From contig NZ_JAVWVO010000003.1 of NCBI RefSeq assembly GCF_036666595.1, forward strand, positions 223,879 through 287,878: a DNA stretch of 64,000 bases, given 5' to 3'. This document shows, one piece after another, positions 58,339-64,000 of this stretch (its first letter is position 1; each line of letters opens with the position of its first letter). Source of the stretch: Acinetobacter sp. (GTDB lineage: Bacteria; Pseudomonadota; Gammaproteobacteria; Pseudomonadales; Moraxellaceae). A model generated the notes under the pieces. The model had not been told where the DNA came from, did no database searches, and saw only the letters and a program-made list of their open reading frames with translations. The position numbers were made by a program, and so were the translations under genes.

Positions 58339-60918
58339 TTAACTCATTTTCACTTTGTCAAAGCTCAACTGACCATCTTGTGCAGTGATCATAATATTGT
58401 CTCCAGCCACATAGTAACCCGACAATATTTTTTGCGCTAAGTTGTTTTCAACCTGTTGTTGGATGGCACGTTTCAATGGGCGAGCACCGTATACAGGGTC
58501 AAAACCAGCGTCAATCAATAAGTCAAAGGCTTGATCATCCACCGTTAAGCGCATATCTTTTTCAACCAAACGATCACGTAAACGATCCAATTGAATATCC
58601 GCAATACCACGAATTTGCGCTTTTTTGAGTGAATGGAAAACCACTAACTCATCAATACGGTTGATAAATTCTGGACGGAAATGTTGCGTCACGGCATTCA
58701 TCACCACTGCTCGCACTTCTTCATCCAAAGGATTATCACCCAACTCACGCACATCACTCGAACCTAAGTTCGATGTCATGACGATCACGGTATTTTTAAA
58801 GTCAACCACGCGACCTTGCGAATCCGTTAAGCGACCATCATCCAACACTTGGAGCAAGATGTTAAACACATCAGGATGTGCTTTTTCTACTTCATCGAAC
58901 AGCACGACACTATACGGTTTACGGCGTACAGCTTCGGTTAGCACACCACCTTCTTCATAGCCGACATAACCGGGAGGCGCACCCACCAAACGGCTGACAG
59001 AGTGTTTTTCCATAAACTCGGACATGTCGATACGAATCATGGCATCGTCACTATCAAACAAGAAGTTTGCCAGTGCTTTGGTCAACTCTGTTTTACCAAC
59101 ACCCGTTGGACCCAAGAATAAGAACGAGCCGCTTGGTCGGTTCGGGTCAGATAAGCCAGCACGCGAACGACGAACCGCATTGGATACTGCAACCACAGCA
59201 TCATCTTGCCCAACAACACGGTTATGCAAGAACTCTTCCATATGAAGAAGTTTCTCACGTTCACCTTGCATCATTTTAGCCACAGGAATGCCCGTAGCAG
59301 CACTAACGACTTCTGCAATTTCATTGTCAGTGACTTTGTTACGCAGTAGTTTCGGCTCTTCTTTTTCCTCAACGACTTCTTCTTCATTGAGACGTTTTTC
59401 CAACTCTGGAATCACACCATACTGAAGACGCGACATTTCACCCAAGTCATTTTCACGCTGCGCTTTTTGAAGTGCAATACGCGCCTGATCCAATTCGGCT
59501 TGGACTTGTTTGGTACCTTCAACTAAGGTTTTTTCAGCTTTCCAAACTTCTTCTAAATCATTGTATTCATGTTGAACTTCACTAATTTGCTTTTCAAGAT
59601 GTGCGACTTCCGCACGACTACCCGCATCTTCATCTTTTTTCACTGCTTCAAGTTGCAGTTTCAATTGAATCAAACGACGCTCAAGTTTATCTAAAGCTTC
59701 TGGCTTAGAGTCCAGCTCCATTTTGATACGAGAAGCCGCTTCATCAATTAAATCAATCGCTTTATCAGGCAATTGACGGTCGGTGATATAACGATGTGAC
59801 ATTTTCGCTGCTGCAATGATGGCAGAGTCTAAAATTTTCACACCATGGTGCACTTCGTAGCGCTCTTTCAACCCACGTAAAATCGCAATAGTGTCTTCCA
59901 CACTCGGCTCATCAACCAAGACTTTTTGAAAACGGCGCTCTAGCGCAGCATCTTTCTCAATGTACTGACGATATTCATCTAATGTGGTTGCACCAACGCA
60001 GCGTAACTCACCACGTGCGAGAGCAGGTTTTAGCATATTACCTGCATCCATCGCACCATCGCCCTTACCCGCGCCCACCAGCGTGTGTAATTCATCGATA
60101 AACAAAATGACTTCACCATCTTGTTTAGACAAATCTTTCAGTACTGCTTTTAAGCGCTCTTCAAACTCGCCGCGATATTTAGCACCCGCAAGCAAAGAAC
60201 CCAAATCTAAGGATAAAACACGTTTACCTTGTAGGCTTTCAGGCACTTCACGGTTAATAATCCGCTGTGCTAAGCCTTCAACAATGGCTGTTTTACCCAC
60301 CCCAGGTTCACCAATCAACACTGGGTTATTTTTGGTACGACGCGACAAAACTTGAATGGTACGACGAATTTCGTCATCACGCCCAATCACAGGATCTAAC
60401 TTACCTGCAAGTGCGCGTTCAGTTAAATCAATGGTGTATTTATTCAGAGAATCACGTTGATCTTCATGATTGTTGCTCATGACTTTCTCATCACCTCGAA
60501 TTTTTAAAATGACTTTGCGTAAGCTTTCTGCTTGCACGCCCGCGCTGTTGAGTAACGTTTTAGTTGCCCCCACTTCGGCTAAGGCTTGCATCACCCAATC
60601 GGTAGACAAAAACTCATCGCCTGCTTTTTGCGCGAAGCTATCTGCCAAATTCAGCGCTTTGACTGCCTCTGAACTTAAGTTGACGTCCCCTGTAGGATTC
60701 GTCAGTGTTGGTGCATCAGCTAGCGATTGTTTTAATTTGCTTTGTAAAGCAGGTAAATTGGCACCCGCTTGTTGCAACAAACTCAGATTGGAGGTTTCTT
60801 CTAACAATGTTGATAAGATATGAATACCTTCAATTGCGGTATGGTCTTTCCCCACTGCAAGTGATTGAGCATCTGAGAGAGCTTGCTGTAAGCGGTTTGT
60901 GAATTTTTCAAATCGCAT
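58339..60918 (-). CDS. clpB: ATP-dependent chaperone/disaggregase ClpB
   Basis: Two AAA+ modules ([16 protein letters not shown]), coiled-coil middle domain, 859 aa. The ATG at 60918 is preceded by GAGGAAAA. The ORF-track start at 60933 is GTG. Confidence 0.96.
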   Translation of the reverse strand: MRFEKFTNRLQQALSDAQSLAVGKDHTAIEGIHILSTLLEETSNLSLLQQAGANLPALQSKLKQSLADAPTLTNPTGDVNLSSEAVKALNLADSFAQKAGDEFLSTDWVMQALAEVGATKTLLNSAGVQAESLRKVILKIRGDEKVMSNNHEDQRDSLNKYTIDLTERALAGKLDPVIGRDDEIRRTIQVLSRRTKNNPVLIGEPGVGKTAIVEGLAQRIINREVPESLQGKRVLSLDLGSLLAGAKYRGEFEERLKAVLKDLSKQDGEVILFIDELHTLVGAGKGDGAMDAGNMLKPALARGELRCVGATTLDEYRQYIEKDAALERRFQKVLVDEPSVEDTIAILRGLKERYEVHHGVKILDSAIIAAAKMSHRYITDRQLPDKAIDLIDEAASRIKMELDSKPEALDKLERRLIQLKLQLEAVKKDEDAGSRAEVAHLEKQISEVQHEYNDLEEVWKAEKTLVEGTKQVQAELDQARIALQKAQRENDLGEMSRLQYGVIPELEKRLNEEEVVEEKEEPKLLRNKVTDNEIAEVVSAATGIPVAKMMQGEREKLLHMEEFLHNRVVGQDDAVVAVSNAVRRSRAGLSDPNRPSGSFLFLGPTGVGKTELTKALANFLFDSDDAMIRIDMSEFMEKHSVSRLVGAPPGYVGYEEGGVLTEAVRRKPYSVVLFDEVEKAHPDVFNILLQVLDDGRLTDSQGRVVDFKNTVIVMTSNLGSSDVRELGDNPLDEEVRAVVMNAVTQHFRPEFINRIDELVVFHSLKKAQIRGIADIQLDRLRDRLVEKDMRLTVDDQAFDLLIDAGFDPVYGARPLKRAIQQQVENNLAQKILSGYYVAGDNIMITAQDGQLSFDKVKMS

Positions 60919-60954
60919 TCTTGTTTTCCTCACAACAAATTTTGAACTTGATGG

Positions 60955-60983
60955 ATATATGGGAACAATTGCTCAAAATTCAA
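60955..60983 (-). promoter_or_regulatory. Candidate sigma-32 heat-shock promoter of clpB
   Basis: On the minus strand: TTGAAT, 14-nt spacer, CCCATATAT, compared with the consensus CTTGAA-N13-15-CCCCATNT. About 40 nt upstream of the clpB ATG. Confidence 0.45.
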
Positions 60984-61260
60984 TTCAAATTTAATTAATT
61001 TTTCTACATTTTAGCTTATTTTTCATTAGTTTATCTTAACAATAAACCAATAAAACTTGGTTATAAGATGGGTCTTCTCTGCCTTATTTTCAAGCGTCAG
61101 CCCACATTATTTATGTATTAAAGACCACGACTACATATGAATCGGTGACAACTAAAATCATTTGATCAATTATTAATCAAATAAACAACGCATTTTTCTA
61201 TTTATTCGTGTGATGAATTGTGTCCCAGTTTACGGAATCAAAACAAAAGCGTGAAGCATG

Positions 61261-61285
61261 AAAAAGGCCGATCACCAGATCAGCC
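61261..61285 (-). terminator. Intrinsic terminator after osmC
   Basis: On the minus strand: ggctgatc-tggt-gatcggcc (one G-U pair) followed by ttttt. Confidence 0.65.
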
Positions 61286-61308
61286 TCAAATGACTTAAAA
61301 GTCAGTGT

Positions 61309-61731
61309 TTAATTTGCTTCAAAAATCTCAAAATCATGGGTGATTTCAACCCCACCATCCATCAACATTTTGCTCGCAGAACAGTACTTTTCTGCCGATA
61401 ATTCCACAGCTTTTGCGACTTGTTTTTCCTTCACCGCATGCCCCGTAACCACGAAATGTAAGTGGATTTTTGTGAACACTGCAGGGATGCTATCTGCCCG
61501 CTCTGCCTTGAGTTCACAGCGTACATCAGTAATTTCTTGGCGTGATTTTTTAAGTATGGTCACGATGTCAAAAGAGGCACAACCACCCAGTCCTGTCAGG
61601 ATTAATTCCATTGGTCTTGGACCACGGTTTTCACCACCATATTCTGGCGATCCATCCATGATAACACTGTGACCACTTTGAGTTTTTGCTTCGAAAGCAA
61701 CATTCTCTAACCAATGAACAGTTGTTTGCAT
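61309..61731 (-). CDS. OsmC/Ohr-family peroxiredoxin-like protein
   Basis: 140 aa. LGGCASFD and KYCSASK conserved Cys motifs typical of the OsmC family. Confidence 0.8.
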   Translation of the reverse strand: MQTTVHWLENVAFEAKTQSGHSVIMDGSPEYGGENRGPRPMELILTGLGGCASFDIVTILKKSRQEITDVRCELKAERADSIPAVFTKIHLHFVVTGHAVKEKQVAKAVELSAEKYCSASKMLMDGGVEITHDFEIFEAN

Positions 61732-61878
61732 TGCAAGTACCTAAAAAAAGCTATAGATTGACGAAGTGACTGTACACTAACATAAATTGAGTTGATAAGG
61801 AATTTCAGCTCTGACTGTGTGACAAGTTCACCCTAGGTCTGTGCGATCTATATTTTATCCATTTTCGGAACCGTTAGC

Positions 61879-62586
61879 ATGACTTCAAGCTTTTCACAAT
61901 TAAGCACTGATGCGCTGTCTCCAGGTCAACTCCCCGAGTCAGTCAAAGCATTATTAAAACGCGCATATATTAATCGTTATCCTAAGCGTACCACCATCGT
62001 AGATGCAGGCTCAGAATCTAAATCTTTATATTTGATTTTAAAAGGTTCGGTCTCCATTATTCTGCGTGAAGACGATGAACGTGAAATCGTGGTCGCTTAT
62101 TTAAATGCGGGTGATTTTTTTGGGGAAATGGGTCTATTCGAAGCAAACTCACAACGTACTGCAGAAGTGCGTACCCGTGATGTCTGCGAAATTGCTGAAG
62201 TGACTTATGAAAACTTCCATGAACTCAGCAAACAATACCCTGACCTGAGCTATGCAGTATTTGCACAGCTGGTACGCCGCCTAAAAAATACCACTCGTAA
62301 AGTGACTGACCTTGCATTCATCGATGTTTCAGGTCGTATTGCACGTTGTCTAATCGACTTATCTTCGCAACCTGAAGCGATGATTTTACCAAATGGCCGC
62401 CAAATTCGTATTACACGTCAAGAGATTGGACGTATTGTCGGTTGTTCACGTGAAATGGTTGGTCGTGTTTTAAAAACACTCGAAGAGCAAGGCATGATTG
62501 AAACTGATGGTAAAGCCATCTTAATTTTTGATGCCTCTTTAGAAGAGTCAAAAGCGAATACTGATGACTATGAAGACGAAGAATAA
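61879..62586 (+). CDS. vfr: cAMP receptor protein family global regulator (Vfr/CRP)
   Basis: Alignable by eye to E. coli CRP throughout (YLNAGDFFGEMGLFE, LAFIDVSGRIA, ITRQEIGRIVGCSREMVGRVLK). Confidence 0.92.
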   Translation: MTSSFSQLSTDALSPGQLPESVKALLKRAYINRYPKRTTIVDAGSESKSLYLILKGSVSIILREDDEREIVVAYLNAGDFFGEMGLFEANSQRTAEVRTRDVCEIAEVTYENFHELSKQYPDLSYAVFAQLVRRLKNTTRKVTDLAFIDVSGRIARCLIDLSSQPEAMILPNGRQIRITRQEIGRIVGCSREMVGRVLKTLEEQGMIETDGKAILIFDASLEESKANTDDYEDEE

Positions 62587-62614
62587 GACTTTTTTCTTGG
62601 TAGCTGATACAGCC

Positions 62615-62643
62615 AAAAGCAAATCTTAGGATTTGCTTTTTTT
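62615..62643 (+). terminator. Intrinsic terminator after vfr
   Basis: aaaagcaaatc-ttag-gatttgcttttttt. Confidence 0.8.
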
Positions 62644-62789
62644 ATGCCTTTAAATCTGCTTCTGTTTTCACAAAATCCAACTTTGACAAAATCATGACAA
62701 ACTTTTTAAAAATAGTGATTTAACCTACTAGGCATAACTGTGTAACCTAATTCGACCGAAAAAACGCAGTCCATAAAAGGAAATGTTGA

Positions 62790-63839
62790 ATGCAATTTAA
62801 ACCCTTAGCCAATACAGGTATTTTGGTTCCTGAAATTTGTCTCGGCACCATGACCTTTGGTGAACAAAACACCCAAGCGGAAGCTTTTGAGCAACTTGAC
62901 TACGCTTTGGCACAAGGCATCAACTTTTGGGACACTGCGGAAATGTACCCTGTTCCTCCAAAACCTGAAACCCAAGGTGCAACCGAAAGTATTATTGGCC
63001 AATGGATTGCCCAGCGCGGCGGTCGGGACAAGCTATTTTTAGCCTCTAAAATTGCGGGGCCATCTCAAGGTGGTAGTCATATTCGTGATGGACAGACTCG
63101 TTTTAATGCAACCGACATTTCTTCGGCCTTAGATGGCAACCTAAAGCGTTTACAGACCGATTATATCGATTTATATCAGCTACACTGGCCACAGCGCCCA
63201 ACCAACTTTTTCGGCAAATTAGGCTATGAAAACAGTGAAGCCCATAACACGCAAACCGTGACCTCTTTGCAAGAAACACTACAAGCATTAGAAGCTGAGA
63301 TTCAAAAAGGGCGTATTCGTTATATTGGCTTATCTAATGAAACACCTTGGGGCACCATGAAATTCCTGCAGATTGCAGAACAGCTTGGTCTATCTAAATT
63401 TGTCAGTGTGCAAAATCCATACAGCCTACTGAACCGTACTTATGAAATTGGTATGTCGGAAATTGCGAAATATGAAGGCGTTGGTTTACTCGCTTACTCC
63501 CCACTCGCTTTTGGCTATCTCACAGGTAAATTCCGTAATGGTGCACGCCCAGCCAATGCTCGAGTGACGCTTTTCAGCCGTTTTAGTCGTTATAGCAACC
63601 CAGAGAGTGAATGGGCAACGGAACAGTATGCGCAACTGGCTGAGCGTCATGGTTTAACGCCGACACAACTGGCTTTAGCCTTTATCAAGCAGCAATTTTT
63701 TGTGACCAGTACGATTATTGGGGCGACCAACTTAGATCAGTTGAAAGAAAATATTCAAGCTTTTGAGATTGATTTATCGGAAGATGTTTTACAGGGTATT
63801 CAAGCTATTCATCAGCAACAACCTAATCCTGCGCCCTAG
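62790..63839 (+). CDS. NADP(H)-dependent aldo-keto reductase (Tas-like)
   Basis: LGTMTFGEQ, FWDTAEMY, DLYQLHWP, GLSNETPWG motifs. 349 aa. Confidence 0.88.
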   Translation: MQFKPLANTGILVPEICLGTMTFGEQNTQAEAFEQLDYALAQGINFWDTAEMYPVPPKPETQGATESIIGQWIAQRGGRDKLFLASKIAGPSQGGSHIRDGQTRFNATDISSALDGNLKRLQTDYIDLYQLHWPQRPTNFFGKLGYENSEAHNTQTVTSLQETLQALEAEIQKGRIRYIGLSNETPWGTMKFLQIAEQLGLSKFVSVQNPYSLLNRTYEIGMSEIAKYEGVGLLAYSPLAFGYLTGKFRNGARPANARVTLFSRFSRYSNPESEWATEQYAQLAERHGLTPTQLALAFIKQQFFVTSTIIGATNLDQLKENIQAFEIDLSEDVLQGIQAIHQQQPNPAP

Positions 63840-63923
63840 ATATTTCTTAATTAGCTATTCAGGTGAAGCACCACTTTACTTGTCACAAATAATTTATGAT
63901 TTTCAAAATCATAAACTGACAGT

Positions 63924-63951
63924 AAAAAAGGACGCCTTAGCGTCCTTTTTT
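63924..63951. terminator. Bidirectional intrinsic terminator
   Basis: aaaaaaggacgc-ctta-gcgtcctttttt. Confidence 0.8.
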
Positions 63952-63963
63952 AGTCAAAACAAA

Positions 63964-64000
63964 TTAACGTCTTTGATTATAAACCGCTTGAGCAGCAGCT
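63964..64000 (-). CDS. 3' end of an unidentified minus-strand CDS that starts beyond the right edge
   Basis: The reverse frame reads ...AAAQAVYNQRR-stop (TAA at 63966..63964), followed by the terminator at 63924..63951. Too short to identify. Confidence 0.3.
   Translation of the reverse strand, partial: AAAQAVYNQRR

Noticed and set aside
1-64000. I scanned for CRISPR repeats, tRNA/rRNA genes, IS elements or transposases, integrases, phage genes and toxin-antitoxin pairs.
   Set aside because: No regularly spaced direct repeats, tRNA T-arm-like GGTTCGAAT sequences outside coding regions, transposase or integrase ORFs, or small paired ORFs were seen. Every ORF-free gap over 150 bp was read by eye. 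A tRNAscan/Infernal run would be the definitive check.

Overview
This 64 kb window is AT-rich gammaproteobacterial chromosome. Gene content and order point to Acinetobacter or another Moraxellaceae member; that assignment is an inference and was not searched. The window is densely coding, with about 62 protein genes, and almost all of them are core housekeeping. Main modules: tsaD divergent from rpsU-yqeY; bepA; purF-cvpA-pyrD; an orphan gspL-gspM pair; sixA, gpsA, rhlB, csp and rpoH; thiS-thiG; mdaB-ygiN; an ExeM/NucH-type extracellular nuclease; trmB; bioB. There is also a complete leucine/isovalerate catabolic cluster (TetR regulator and acyl-CoA ligase divergent from liuABCDE-scoAB-atoE), plus pyrB with a pyrC-like pseudo-dihydroorotase, rlmL, clpB, osmC, vfr and an aldo-keto reductase. 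I found no rRNA, tRNA, CRISPR array, IS element, integrase, prophage or recognisable defence island. Many intergenic gaps hold clear GC-stem plus T-tract hairpins, which I call intrinsic terminators. I do not see a convincing novel multi-gene system. The most unusual observations: (1) a Tgl-type patatin lipase whose 3' end overlaps the start of a Hanks-type kinase-like ORF; (2) an M48-like membrane protein whose zinc motif reads HEFNQ instead of HExxH; (3) a nuclease with a lipobox-like signal peptide and a GlyGly-CTERM-like tail, 12 kb from the orphan gspLM; (4) a methyltransferase and hot-dog thioesterase downstream of bioB; (5) a 540 bp ORF-free AT-rich gap containing tandem 12-mers. Several ORF-track starts are GTG/TTG or 5'-extended; I moved them to better-supported ATGs. 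All product calls rest on motif and family recognition by eye and should be confirmed with HMM or BLAST searches.
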